A DNA stretch of 64,000 nt, taken from NCBI GenBank assembly GCA_037379345.1, contig CM074512.1:28830001-28894000 (forward strand). Reading direction: 5' to 3'. This document shows positions 11,272-25,300 of the stretch, in pieces; position 1 is the first letter of the stretch; each line of letters starts with the position of its first letter. A program made the translations under genes and the position numbers. The notes below the pieces were generated by a model. The model searched no databases, had not been told where the DNA came from, and worked only from the letters and a program-made list of their open reading frames with translations. Source of the stretch: Perna viridis (lineage: Eukaryota).

Positions 11272-14200
11272 ATGGCGTCGACAGTAAGCGGGAGTACCGC
11301 ATTTACCTTGCAAACAGAACCCGAAACTGGGACATTTAAACGACGACTAGATGATGTCACAAAATTTCTTTTTGATTCAGAGGAAGGGAAAATTCTCGGG
11401 AAGTCGATAATGCAATGGGGTGAGATGATAATTCAATGTATCCACCAACTCAAAATCATTTCCGGTTTACCTGAAGTTATTTGTTTACATTTTAAACCGT
11501 CACTTCTTTGCTTCTGATGCAGGTGTAACGGGTGTTTCTAGAAAAACAGAGGACGCTTACCCTACCGGTGCACATGATCCATGCTCCCAGTTTTTAGTGG
11601 AGTCCGAGTTGCTCATTTACTTTTGTTACTTTGTATGTATGATTTTAGTTACTTTATGTTCTTTGTTGTGTATGTCTGTTTTCCATGTCTGGTCTTAGTT
11701 CCTGGATTTCATTCTTTTGATTACCGCTATAACCTTGGTTCCCTTGATTACTCTGTTAATGGACGAAATTGAATAAAAACATTTTCATTCATTCATATTG
11801 ATATTTTCAAATATAGTTACTAAACCTATTGCAGTATTGGTATAAATGAAAACATAATTTTTTATGTAAATGGTATGAAAATAGTAGAGTCTAGAGATCT
11901 GTACTCACAGATTGTCAGATATCGCAAAAACTGCTGGTCCGACAGTCCTGACCTACACTATTTGGGAAAGTCCGATAAATTCCATTAGTGTGTCAGACCA
12001 AATGTCTGGTTTATTATTTATTAATTAGGTCCATCAATATAGTGTTTAATTCCTCTCCTTAATTATAAGTTTAGATTTTTATTTGAGTTGGAAATTACAT
12101 ATTTTGTACTGCAGATGTGACAAGAACAGTGATTTAGCTAATGCTCATCATTTTCACCATTTACGAAAGGATTTTGTAAAGCTGCTGGCCTGAATGTCCA
12201 GTAAAGTGTCAACAAGTTTCGTGATGTCTGTCCTCAGTACTACAGGATAACTCCTGTCAGACAGATATCAGGCTCTCAGTGCTTCTAATGTAAAAGGTTA
12301 AAATTCATATTAATTAGGCCAAATACCTACCCTATTTTTTCAGCTAAATGTAGTATATCCTTAAGTTTTTTTTATCACTTTTCAATAAGCACTGCTAAAT
12401 TCAGAATGTTTCTCCCATACATACGCAATATAAATATAAGACATCCTTACCTACCTACCCTATTTTTAGGAACATGTCAGTCTGCATTATGGTGCTTTAT
12501 CTTGATACTATACAGCATTACATTTCAGAACTACAGTGAAACTTCTCCAAACCGGACTCTCAGAAAACAGGTCTTCCCTTCTAACCGGCCGATTTCAAAA
12601 GTCCCGGCCGATATACCTTAAAACCTATGTGTTTTTTCTTCAATAGACCGGCTACCCCCTAAAACCGTACAGCGGCCGGTTTTTCACAGTTTAAGTTACA
12701 TATTTCAAATAAAAATAACTTCTCAATTCCAGCCTCCCGGTTATTGTTCACCTGTAATAAATGTGACAACAAAACTGTCAATGATTACATAATATTACGT
12801 AATTAATAATTCATTCACTTCAACAGTGGACAGATGATAATTGAAGGGGACAGTGGTTTAAACAAGAAATTTAATCCAAACATTACATTTTGTCACTGGT
12901 TGGCTGTTAATTGGTGTGTAAACACGCCAGGCAACCAGGGTCATTTAATAGTACGATCTTTACAATCTTGTAACTGTCAATTAATGTGACCTGTGCCCAA
13001 GCCAAAACAACATAGGGGTGAAATTATTAGACTTAGTTGATAGTAATTTACGAAAACAATACAAATAATAAGTTACCATCAATAGCCCTTTGATCTTTAA
13101 TACACATTCTTTCAAAACCGCGAACATTATTTTATCGGCAGTACCATTTGTAAAATCAAATCATTTACAAATGATGCAAGCTTTGAAATGAAATAAAAAG
13201 GCGAAAAGTTTTGAATTGGCATTAAATGTCTCAACCAACAAACTGACAAGGTAAAGGGTTATAGAACACATTAATGGAAACAGCTCTTAGAATGCATTGC
13301 TATTTTTTCACAAAACCGGCCACCCTATAAACTGGCCATTTTTTCTTGTCCCAGTGGTGGCCAGTTTGGAGAAGTTTCACTGTACTAATATGCAGTGGCT
13401 CCAACAGATGTAAAAAATGAAGTCATCAACTGTAAAGTAACTTGAGATAAAGAAGGAGTCAAAGTTAGGGTACTACCACTCATATGAAGAATTCTTTACC
13501 CATTTATAAAAGTAGAAAGTTTTGTAAATGTGAAATACTGTTTAAGAGTGTTTCAAGTGAAAATATATATTTAATTTTGTCTTAATTCAGAGTGACTAGA
13601 CATAGAAAATATATTTCAATCTTCATTATTCAAAAGTTACAGATCAAAATAAATTATAAAAGTTTGAGCACAAGAACTTCAAGGTGATAAAAGAATGCCT
13701 TTTTAGATGTTTTTCTTGTCCCACTTTTAAAAAATAAATTTTTCTACCTAATTTTATAATGGATTAAAACCACATATAGATGTATAACCTTAATATTTTC
13801 AGGACTTGTTCCCAACTCAATTAAATCACACCTTAATGTAACTCTGTTGTGATTACTATATGAGAGATTCTAAAAGTCATTACAATATACAATGCAACTA
13901 CATTTATACAATGTGTGTAAGTTCCATTAAAATATTATCTAAATAATTATTACATTGAAAAAAAACCAATTATAACATCTAAAACAACAAATGAAGTAGA
14001 TAAACAGAATAAAACTGATGTACAAGCTCCATGGAGCAGGACTAATTAATTTGTGACCCTACAAACACTTTCAAGATATAAGAGCTAGCAGACGCAACAA
14101 CAAGTATAAGAATCTTTGTCCTGGAATAGCAAATTCTTACAATAAAAATAAGTTTATATTGTTGGAAAGGTTATTAGTACATGTATTTAAATAAAACTGA

Positions 14201-17200
14201 TCATATCATTATGTCATGTATTTTGAAAAAAAGTACTAACATTTGTATTATTATATGAATCATAGTATGTCTTTCTAAGCAGTCTGAAAGTTCACAATAT
14301 TAGTATTGTCACATACCATTGACTTCTCACGCTAATAATAAGGCTATAAACAACACTACTATCAAAATGATTTGATCTGCATTATAAACAATCATGTTTC
14401 TGTGAAGTTCTTAATACAACTTAGGAAAAACTCAGATTGTGTAATGGTATCATGCTCTTCATAGTCAGCATTGTCTGGCTTCTATAGACAGTTTGTTTTC
14501 CAGACAATAATTTCAATGTGAGTGTTTGGATCTATATGTTATTATACCACAAGTTGCTTTACCACGAAAGGAAAGCTTTGATTAATTTTTGGGGGTTGTG
14601 GCTTGAACCAATAAGGAATTAATGGCCAGAAACAAACATTTTCAAGATCTCTTGACAATAGTTTGACTATAAGTGAACTGAACTCTTATATATTGTACCA
14701 CAAAAGAAAAGTTCAGGTTATGATTTGAACCAATTTGGAATTAGGGACTTAAAAGGGCCAGAAACATGCATTTTGAAGATGTTCAGACAATAACTTTGTC
14801 TTGACTATAAGTGAATGTATCTCTTAGAAATTGTAAGGGTAGTAGCATCATCACCTTTAGTGCAGGGGGTCATGGGTTGAAAATTAGCAGTCACTGTTTC
14901 TCCTTCAAGCATGCCTCGTATAAAAGATACAGTGATGACGAGTAGTGTCCTTGATGACATGGCTTCCTGCAGGCTATTACTTCTGTGAGCTAAAACAATA
15001 AAAATCTGCTGTTGGATTGGTCAAACATTCTTGTCCAAAATGCATGAAGTATTTGCCAGACCACAATCTATGAAGCTGATTCCTAAGAATCTGATGTGTA
15101 CATTTGTACATGCTAGTTTATTTTTTAAAACATGATGTTTTTATTACATTTTTTTTATGTATTTTCAGTTTTTGGGGCCATATTTTATGTGTTCTTCTAT
15201 GGGTTGCTGGTTTGCTTCATGTTAGCATGTGGTGCTGTTGTTTATTTAACACTCAATTGGAATGTTCCCAGACTGCAGGGTCCAGACAGTTTACTCCAAC
15301 AGAATCCTTGTAAGTCCCATATTTATTTCTACATAAAAATTTATTTATTTATACACTATTAACATTTATAAACACAGGATAAAAGTTTAGTTATGCAGTT
15401 AATGTAAATTGATATACATATTATCTGTACTTATTATTCCTCTGCTCCATAGGATGTTTACATGAAATTAAATGATACATTTTACTTTCTGTCTGATTTT
15501 TTGTGACCTACAAATCTACTGAGAGTTCACCATTCAGTATATGTTTGTACATTTTTGTGTTTGTTGCTGAGTATCCTCTGTGTAGGACTTACTGTTTGAC
15601 AGAATGTAACTTTACATTTTATCATTTCTTGACGTTTTTTTTGTGTTTTTTTCAGCTTTGGGTTTCCGTCCACTTCCCAGTGTTGATATGACCCTGATTA
15701 GATTTATAAAAGCTGACCCAACATCATATTCACCATTAACTGATAACTTAGAAGCTTATTTACAGTGTATGTATCTATATATAAATACTTATTTTTACAT
15801 GTTCTTTTTCTATTAGATTCAATATTAGATTTTATGTTACATGTATGTTAGAAAATCATAGAAATGAAATGTTAGTTACTGGAAAAGTGCAATGAGATCT
15901 TTACACTTTTTGAATGTTTTTAGCATCAAAATGTTAAAATTTGTTGTTAAACCTGTAATGTTTGATATACAATTATTCTATGGATTGCATCTAAGCAGCT
16001 TTTGTTTGCTTCTGGATACGGTGTTCTTTGATTCCTCTTTCACATCATCTTGGGCATGCATAATTTTGGATTGGAAAAGTTGTTTATTACATTCCACTTT
16101 TCGTTTAGCATGTACAAAACTTGAATTTCTGAAAGGATTTGTTAATTTTAGAAAGTATGCTTTGTACTGTCCTGATTGTTGTAAGAAAACTGACAGTAGT
16201 TTAACCATTTATTCCAATTAGTCCATAACAATCAAGATGTCATCAGGTTAATAATAAAGATGATGACGATGATGATGATGGTTAGATCTGAAAGTTACAA
16301 AATAACAATCTTAAGTCCCTAGTCATGATCAAAATACAAAATACTGCATATATATAGAAAACATGATAAAACATATATACACAAATACAGAGATGTTGTT
16401 TGATTACAAAAAATATCTCAAAATCCACTTGAAGTCTGTTTGCATTATGAAAACACATAAAACACTAAAAAGAAAACTACAAATATACTTACTATGAGAT
16501 TACAACTGAGCGGTACTGTAAAAACAAAATGCCGGTCATCACCCCTAATAAGAAACTGCATAGTTTGTGACTGGCCCGGTACTGTATTTTATACGAATTT
16601 TTGAAAATGTAAATAAACAATGCCTATCGATGTCCGAGTATGTAAATTAACGTTTAAACAATAGCTAAAATTGCATCCTACTTGTAAAAGTGTAAATATA
16701 GACAATAGAATGTGTGTTTTCAATGGTCAATCATAGTTGACATGTTCCGTCAGTGAAAATTACATAATGACACATAACATGTAGTGCAAGTTCATGAATA
16801 TCAATAAACATAAAAACGATCATGTATATGATTATGATACTAAATGTGGAGTTTTAAATGTACTTACTCCATTGTGGCCTAACATTTTCCAATAATAAAA
16901 GGTGTAAACTTTTGTTGTCCATACGATCGGAAACATGAATTGATTACTAAAAAAAACAATGACGGTGAAGTTACATAAAAATTCCGGGTGAGTCGAAAAG
17001 GTTACAGAACATGCTTTAATTGTGGAAAAGTTAATATTCATTTGAGATTTTCTGTGGAAACTTAAGAAAAAATTTGAAATCCTACAATACTGTTAGCTAG
17101 AAAAATATTACTTGCTTTTTAAGTTTATGAAAATCAGAACCAAGTAACAGATACAGGCATTATGGTTGACTGTAAAACTTATAATAAACGACGTCCAAGA

Positions 17201-19089
17201 TCTGAATGGGATAAAGCTTGTAGATATGAGTTAAACAACCTTGGTCCAGATTGTATCAAACAACAGGCTTTTGGTATGGATGATGGGATGCCTTGTATAC
17301 TGTTGAAGTTAAATAAGGTAAGTATATACTGATTTATTTTCAGTTTCTTGTAAATCTACATGTGTATACCTTACCCCGAGTTGTGGTACAAGCAACATTC
17401 TCACAAATTCTTCATTAGAGTTCAATGGAACTAGATCAAGAGTTTTGGCATAATATGACTATGTTTATATGCATGAAGGAAAGAAATGCTTGTAAGGTGA
17501 AAAAAACTCATCAAGAAGTCTTACATTTTGATCAGGAATAATTGCAACTTCTCCTATTCCTTTTAATGGATTTCAAAGGACTTTACTTAATGCTTGGTCA
17601 TTGTAACGTGGAAGGCAATGATTTTTTTTACATTTTTACATATGTACATGTAGCTATTACATGTAACTGCAACTCCTCCTTAACCGGACATTATTAGCAT
17701 AGGGAAATTTACATAATTAAGATGATTAATTTGATTGGAGTTGTCACTTTAAGATCCTGTTTATAGCAATTTTTAAGTATTTCATATCCAAATGAGTTAC
17801 CAAAAATGAACAAAAATGTACTTTTTTCTACCACTGTAAAAAACAAAATTAACTCTATATTGGAAGATCTGTCGATTAAGAGTTATAAATCCATTTGGGT
17901 TTGGGATTAAAGGCTATTGCATCACTAGAATAATTGTTTTTTAACATTAGTCTTCCTTTCCGTTACAAAATGAATTGATGATTTTAAGGTTTTTGATTGG
18001 CATCCTGAAAACTACCACAATGAGACAGAGATTCCTGATGACATTTCTCCAGAGGTAGAAAGCGGTGCTTATGCCCCATACAGTATTCATCTGAAATGTT
18101 TTGGTGTGGTAAGTTACTTAAATTTTGATATTTTACAATCTTTTAAGGCTATTTGATAATTGCCTGTTCAGGGGTTCAAATTAAGACAGACCTTCCACAT
18201 TGGTATTAGGACCAAGGCTTTGGAAACAGTAAAAAATGCTGTTCATTGACCGACAAATTTTGCTAATGACGGACATCCATTTTCCAATATTGGATAAAAA
18301 AAATTGTCTACCCTAATAAATTAGTCTGCATGATTTAATTAGGGTCTAAACATCCTGTCTACTTGTCTCCTAATTGTTTATAAGAAATTAATTGACAGGT
18401 GTGTGTCATTATTAAGCAATTTAGATTTTACCATCTTTGTAAGATCTAGCAAAGGTACATGATCTGGAACTTTTACTCGTAATCAAGGAAATGGAAATGG
18501 GAGTCCCTACAGATATGTCATATATGTAACTTCCATTTCTTATTAAAATTACTTCAGTCTCCATTGTTGATGTTGGGAAACATGTATATGCAAAAAAAAA
18601 AAATGCTTACATAATGTTTATTTTAATTCCAACAAAAAGCTTTATTCAGTGTTAATTTTATTTGATATGCCCAGAAATCTTTGACTTTTTAAAAACTTTA
18701 TTTACTCACAAATCACAAATTCAAATACATGTACCCAACAAAATGTCACTTAACAGTTCTGTTTGCAAGCTTGCTTATTCTTTGTTTTTTACAATGTTAG
18801 TATCAAATAATATACAAGTATTCTTAAATGTTTCTATGAATAATTACAGACACCTGCTGACCAAGATAATATTGGTGACTTTGAGTACCACCCACCAACT
18901 GGTTTCCACTTCAAATATTTTCCGTTTCGTAACCAGCAAGGATACAGATCACCATTAGTGTTTGTTCGCTTCATGAATCCAGCTCCTAACATACTGATCA
19001 TGGTAGAGTGTCGTGCTTTTGCAAGAAATATCCGTCGTAACAGTGTAGAAAGAGCTGGAACTGTCAGATTTGAATTGCTAGTTGACTAA
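11272..19089 (+). CDS. ATP1B: Na+/K+-ATPase beta subunit, paralog 2 (317 aa)
   Basis: Exons 11272-11419, 15169-15309, 15656-15766, 17124-17317, 17989-18108, 18850-19089. GT-AG introns, 954 nt in frame, same intron phases and motifs as paralog 1. Exon 5 is 15 nt longer and exon 1 is 6 nt shorter. Confidence 0.95.
11528..11754 (+). mobile_element. Penelope-like element 3' tail copy (5'-truncated) in intron 1 of beta paralog 2
   Basis: Near reverse complement of 634-860. Confidence 0.85.
12534..13382. mobile_element. Tc1/mariner (pogo/Tigger-type) MITE
   Basis: TIRs cagtgaaacttctccaaac / gtttggagaagtttcactg flanked by TA on both sides. Subterminal aaccggcc repeats. Confidence 0.9.
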
Positions 19090-19682
19090 TTTTATATTAG
19101 TAACAGAGACATTTTACTTGTCAAGTGCTGTTGTATAAGGTTTTCCTTTGTTTTTAATTGAGTTTTCTTACTATTGTACTGTAAATGACACTGTAACCCT
19201 CTCTGCCTATAAAGCCATTTGGGAAGTTAAGTTGGAATCAATGATTCAAATACTTTTGTAAGCATGTAATAAAACTTGTACAGCGAAAAAAAAAACTCTT
19301 TAAAAATTGAATTGAAGCTTTGCATATTAATTAACTTGATAAAATATTGTTATGTGTTGATCTTTCTATTGTTACTCAAGGTATATATGTTTTTTTCCTT
19401 GCCAATATATATATAAAAAACAACAACAGTTCTTTTTAACAATTGGTTATTTTTTTATTTTACTTAGTATTTCTTTGAAAAGAAAAAACTTTTTGTTGTC
19501 ATTTTTTGGGTCAATGTCTTTTTTATTCATGTTTGATACATATCAGTTATATGTACATTCCAGGTTGTATATTTTTGTATATAGATTTATATGTCTATTT
19601 GAACATAGGTTATACATGTACATTATACCCTTTGTAATTTTTTTTAAAAGCCAACTGTCTTTCTGAGTAATATCCAGATTTG

Positions 19683-20401
19683 AAGCTGCATTAGCTGCCA
19701 AATTTGTTCAGTTTTGATTCTACTGGATTTCGCTGATTCAATGAAATAAGTCAGTAGTAATGCAATTGAAGCAATAAATGTTGATAATACCTACAGAATA
19801 TTGTGGCAACAACGGTTTTTTAATCAGAGAAGATTGATAGCTCTGATCTGATAATTTTTCGCCATTACTTCTGAAGATTGCCGACAAGACACTCACCTGG
19901 GTTAAAAATACTTTAACCTTTGTAAAAAAATGACAATAAGGGATACATAGGTAAGCACATGTCTTGTTTTCACTTCATTTCATGTTCTTCTTGATTAGTT
20001 TTCAAATAAATAATGACCATATTTGAGCCACATTATATCACAATAGGTACATTTCAAAAGGATCCTTGTGTCATATTTGAACTTTTTTTCTTTTACGGCT
20101 TGAGTCTGTTGGTCTTCCTTACTGTTGAATAATCACTTTCCCTTTGCAATCAGAGCGACCTTTACAGCACATGCATGGACGAACGTCACCAGAAGTCACA
20201 CACATACAAATTTATCTAGGTCAATTTTTTGTCTTGCAAGATAATAAATATATAGACTCTTATTTCACATATTTAATGCATTTTATTTATGGATATCAAA
20301 TGGAGTTAAACAGGAAAAGTACAATTTAGTAAAAATAATTCAGAGTTAAGGTATATTTCAACAGAAACGAAAATTTATGAAAATGACAGCTAATGCAGCT
20401 T
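19683..20401. mobile_element. Old non-autonomous TIR DNA transposon downstream of (or in the 3'UTR of) beta paralog 2
   Basis: 15-bp perfect inverted termini aagctgcattagctg / cagctaatgcagctt with degenerate inward extension. Flanks resemble eroded TTAA, so possibly Kolobok-like (uncertain). Confidence 0.65.
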
Positions 20402-21355
20402 TACAGCAAACATAAACCTGCATGTATCTGTTATATATGAAGGCAAATTGTGCAATTGCTGTGCTTCTGGTGTATGTCCTGAGTAGGTAAAACAAACTCA
20501 GGTGAAGACTGTTTCAATTGTTAAGCATAAGAAAACATATCTAATTACATAATTATTTCTACAAAATTTGAAATGGTATCATTTTCAGAATGATTGTAAT
20601 TGGAATGACTAACTTATTATTCAAGACTGTCCTTCCTGTTTTTCTTTTTAATCAAAGATTCCCATAGTATGAGTTTATTTTAATTGTTTTCCAGTTGTTA
20701 TTGTGATTATGCAATACAAATTTTCCTTGAAAACCTCGAGCTTATTAGAAGGAAAGCAACGAGTTGTAGAAATACATTTATAAACATATTGTTACAACTG
20801 ACAAAATACTGGTACTAAATTTTTGAAATTTTCTCATGTCTGCACTCTGCAGGTCTTTTGTCAATCAGGAAGAAAGGTCTGATAAAAAAGATATGGACAT
20901 TTTTTGTATAAACAGATTTGTAAATTCTTTTTTAGTATTAGTATGTGCCCTATATTTTCCCCTCATTACATTTGTTGAAATAATGTTCTGTAATAAAATA
21001 ATATTTTGGTAACACCTTTTATCGTACTTGTTATGACATTTTAAAATAGTTCTATTTTAATGATTACATTCAAAATCAGACACTTTATTTTAGGCATAAT
21101 TAATCAGGATTATTTAACAAGAATGTGAATTTTAAAAAATATAATCCATTGTCACACTTATTTGTACTGATATTTTTATAACACCATTGGCCACTTCCAC
21201 ATCTACTAAATAAGGTGTATATTGAAGCTGTGGTTAAACACAGAAAAACTGGAATCAATCCTCTGTGATTTCCAACCTTTTATTAAATGAATGTCCACAC
21301 TTATTTCTTACTTGATTTATACCTTATCTAACATTTAATAGGAGTCTTAGACCAG

Positions 21356-21440
21356 ACAGTGTACATTTTTAACCTAAGAATTGTCAGGTTTATCTGTACA
21401 GTGTACACTTTCAACCTAAGAATTGTCAGGTTTATTTGTA
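21356..21440. repeat. Tandem duplication of ~42 bp
   Basis: acagtgtaca(t/c)ttt(t/c)aacctaagaattgtcaggtttat occurs twice. Confidence 0.8.
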
Positions 21441-22883
21441 CTGTCATACTATAAGATCACAATGATTTCTTTAACTTTCATATTTTATAGTCATTAAGTG
21501 AATGTTCTGCATTTTCAAGTGATCTGCTTTGGTATAACTTTGAAATTGAAAGTGCTGGTACATTTGTACATTTGTACATTTATACATACTTGTATAATAG
21601 ACTCATTATAAAAGATACTTCATTATTGTTTCCTTCGTAAACTGCACTGCTTTTGTCAAACTGACGTGGGCCAGTTGGCGTTATTTTATTATTGTTTTTA
21701 TGATCATTTTTGTACTTCATTTTTAGGAAAAGTGTTAGCATTATCATATATTTTAAAGAGACAACCTCATGTGACTTGCATTGAAAAAAATGTTCATAAA
21801 TGTAAATATTAGCACTATTGATTATGCAGCTAATTCAGATATATATAATGTACATAAATGCACTGATATTAAATATATAATAAATCATAAGAAAACAGAT
21901 TTTGTGTATACATGTACATAAGAAAATAGTTACAAATTCCGCTTTCATTTCACACACACCTTTAAGGCACAGCATCTTAAAATATGTGTGATAGTTGACT
22001 GCAGATTGGTAGGGACAAAGTGACAAATGCAAGGATAACAGTTTCTAGTATGAAAATTCAAATTCCAGAAACCAGCCCAACTCTCATAATAAGCATTAGT
22101 GTAAGAAAAAAGAGAATGAGTAGTTTAATTAAAATAAGTTGAAAAGGTGGTTCCATGCTATTATTTTCTCATTTTGTCCAAATTTTGAATGATTTTTTAA
22201 TCTGAAAAAGGAATGCTCCAAATCACAGGATCCACCCCACCCCCTGGATCTGCCACTGTGTTTGGGCTGGCCCATCTTGTAGAAAAAGATCTGACAAAAT
22301 CATACCATGGAAGAAAAAAAGATTATGATGATGATAACCATATGAAGAAGAAACTGAGTAAAATATTTAATTTCCCAAAAACGTCATTAGGGCAGAACAT
22401 AATTAAGACTGGTTTCTATGTCATAGTAAATGAGGACATACATTAACATTTACCAAATTGTTGTTTTTCAACTTTTTTCATGATATATATAGAATTCATT
22501 TTGTCTATCAGTCATTCATAAGAAAAAAAACTAAATTCACTTGGAAAGTTCCCATTTACTTACAATGACTACAATGCATTTTCAGTGATTGAAGGCAGGA
22601 TAAATACATCAATTGGACATACTTGGATATGATCAGTGCTTTGAGTTTTATAATTGCTAATATATAAATTCGATTTGGTAATACTCTATACAGACAGATT
22701 GTTGGTATTCCTGTGAGGACTAATTGTGCTCTTTTTATAACCAATTTGTTTCTCCACTGCTACGAATCACAGTTCATGGTTAAACTCTTTTAAAAAAAAA
22801 TCCTTCAAAACATGATCTGTTGCACGAATTCGATAACACTTTAAGATACCTTGATGATTAATCTTAACTTCGAAAACCATGTT

Positions 22884-24180
22884 CAACCCAGTAGTCAGAC
22901 TTGTCTGACCCCGAATAATATCACATTTTATCTACCCTATTTATGAAATCTTGCAGTATTCCAAATTTAAAAATACGTAAAACACCGAGGCTTCATTCCA
23001 TGCATTGCATATGGTAGAACCTGTTCCGATAGATTTCGTTATAAGTACTTCTTGTATAATATGATCTTTCTACATATTTGATTTTAATGCTGCTGATGAG
23101 AGGTTACTCCTTGAAACACGTGTACAGCATATCGAAATATATAAAACTGGTATTTTTGTATTCAAACTATCTACCCGAAAGAACTTAAGCTGACTAAGAG
23201 TAACAATATCGGTATCACAAACATTTAAACTTAGTTTTTTTACCGTTACAAAACTTTGATACAAAAATATGATAGCACTTGCATGTTCTTCTGAGCTTCC
23301 GTCTAGCTACGCGCTGTGCACAGACGTAGCAGTAATTAATTACAGGTCTACGGTATATACATGTATAAGGTTAAAAAAATTTAGCATTTTTCAAATGTTC
23401 ACTTGACTCAGCGTTGTTTGTTTTGCAAGTTCACTTATAAGGAAATAATCAGTTTTGGTAACCTGGCAGGGGTATAAATGACATTTTTGAACCGAGGAAC
23501 GGCTTTTAAATACAAAACTCCACTCATATTGATATTGCAATTAAACTTCGATACGCTGCTCACATGTTCGAGTAGTAATCTTTCGTCAGCAGTATCAGAA
23601 TCAAACACAAAGGAAGGTCTAAATCCAAATATAAATGCATACAAGGAGTACTCAAACCCAAAAACTATTGAAATAGGAACCCAAATCCATCACCAAGAGG
23701 TTCTAACATGCGCAATACGTGGAGTGAAGCCTCAGTGTTCTAGGGATTTTTAATTCAATTGTAAGACTGTGAATTTTGATAAATAATATAAGAAATAATT
23801 CGGGGTCAGGCAAGTCTACTGGGTTTGTGATTACCCTCGGGACCTTATGTCCACCAGCAGTGGCATCGACCCAGTGGTGATACAAAAAAAAATATATATT
23901 AATAACAATTATGTCAGATTGCAATTAAACTTCGATATGCTGTACATGTGTTCCATGGAGTAACATCATCATCATTTTTATATAATCAAATATATGGGAA
24001 GATCTCCATCCAAAAAACATTGTATACAAGAAGAACTTAAAACAAAAATTATCGCCATAGGAAGCCAAATTCTACCTCGAGATCGAGGTTCAGATTGGGG
24101 GTCAGACAAACCTGACTACTAGGTTGGGGATTACCCTCGGGGACTTAAGGTCCACCAGCTGTGGCAGCGGCCTAGTGGAT
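22884..24180. mobile_element. Composite repeat with long imperfect inverted arms and an internal tandem duplication
   Basis: caacccagtagtcagacttgtctgacccc (22884) is inverted at 24098-24126. ~23075-23137 is inverted relative to ~23930-23990. ~23535-23880 and ~23919-24180 are direct diverged copies (ttgcaattaaacttcgata..., gattaccctcggg..ccaccagc.gtggca). Confidence 0.7.
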
Positions 24181-24405
24181 ATTAAATACAAATACGATCA
24201 TTTATACAAACATAGATATGTACGTGGGAATTGTATGACCCTATTTTTTTTTAATGGCATTTAGTGGTTGTGAGACGTGTGGATTAATATTGCAAGGTAT
24301 TTGTGGCATGAATATTTAGAAAATACGTATTCTCCTATATATAACTTATTCGGCGTATTTCGAAATACCGAAATTTTATGGTATTACGAAACATCCTTGG
24401 ACACC

Positions 24406-24413
24406 TATAAAAG
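24406..24413 (+). promoter_or_regulatory. TATA box of a putative upstream eIF4A promoter
   Basis: ctATAAAAGGGG ~90 nt before the ATG at 24500, in a CpG-retaining zone. Confidence 0.4.
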
Positions 24414-24499
24414 GGGGCTCAACAAACGAAACCTCTTATTATTACAAAAGCAAATGTGTGAAATAAAACCCACTTTTTATTTTCTTAGAAAAATATCAG

Positions 24500-24765
24500 A
24501 TGAGTTTGTCGAAGGTAGAATGTGAAAAGAGTTTAGGTACAGAATCCACCGGTGATCGTGTCGGGGGGAGGAGGTACGACGATCGAGGGTCTCCAATCCC
24601 GCTTGGAAACCAGAGGCGCAACAAAAAGACAAGGAGGAAATCCCCGGGTTCAGATGGATCGGAGGATGGAGATGGGTATTCTGGAGATAGAAGACCATGT
24701 TGCCACAAGTCATACCAGAATAACCAGTGGGGAAATAGTTTTACTGAACTGGACGCGGACAGTGG
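24500..24765 (+). CDS. EIF4A: Candidate alternative first coding exon (1a) of eIF4A; gives a 495-aa isoform with an 89-aa N-terminus
   Basis: Open, GC-richer frame from the ATG to a GG|GTAAGC donor in phase 2, the same phase as exon 1b. Joins exon 2 (26598) in frame: ...DADSG-SRNTNEGPEQ. Confidence 0.6.
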
Positions 24766-25300
24766 GTAAGCAGCTTGTTGCATGGACTTAGTATACACTC
24801 CTTGCTTGTTATTACAAAATTTTTATGTTTTGTACGTCCAAATTCTGTTAGTCGGGTCTCAGTAGGTTAATAGCACATATTAAGCCCTTTTAAGAGGTGC
24901 GTCAATGGATGCGTTGTAGTAATCAGCACTCACAAAAAAATCAAATCTATATAATATTCCCCATGGAATATTCAGTTTCTATTTCGTATGAAGACCCTGT
25001 ATTTTTAAAGATTATACGTCCGTGTTAAAGTTAGAAAAAGACGCAAAATCATAGTTTTTGTGTAAATCGTGGTCACTATAAAATTTTCTAACCACGCCTC
25101 CAATATCCTACGTCATGAAAATATTCTTTAAAGGCAAACCTAATTAAAATAAGATATTCATGCGCGATATAAAACATAGTCCATATAATTTCTTATATTT
25201 AATAAATTTATTGGCCACCATTTTAATCAGTATTCATTTAAAGTTCCTGATTCAATTTTTTAGTCATTATTTATTGAAAATGCTGTGTAATAATGCTTAA

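Noticed and set aside
24477-24798. Overlapping ORFs on both strands around eIF4A exon 1a
   Set aside because: Expected by-products of locally higher GC. Only the 24500 frame has both an ATG and a phase-compatible donor.
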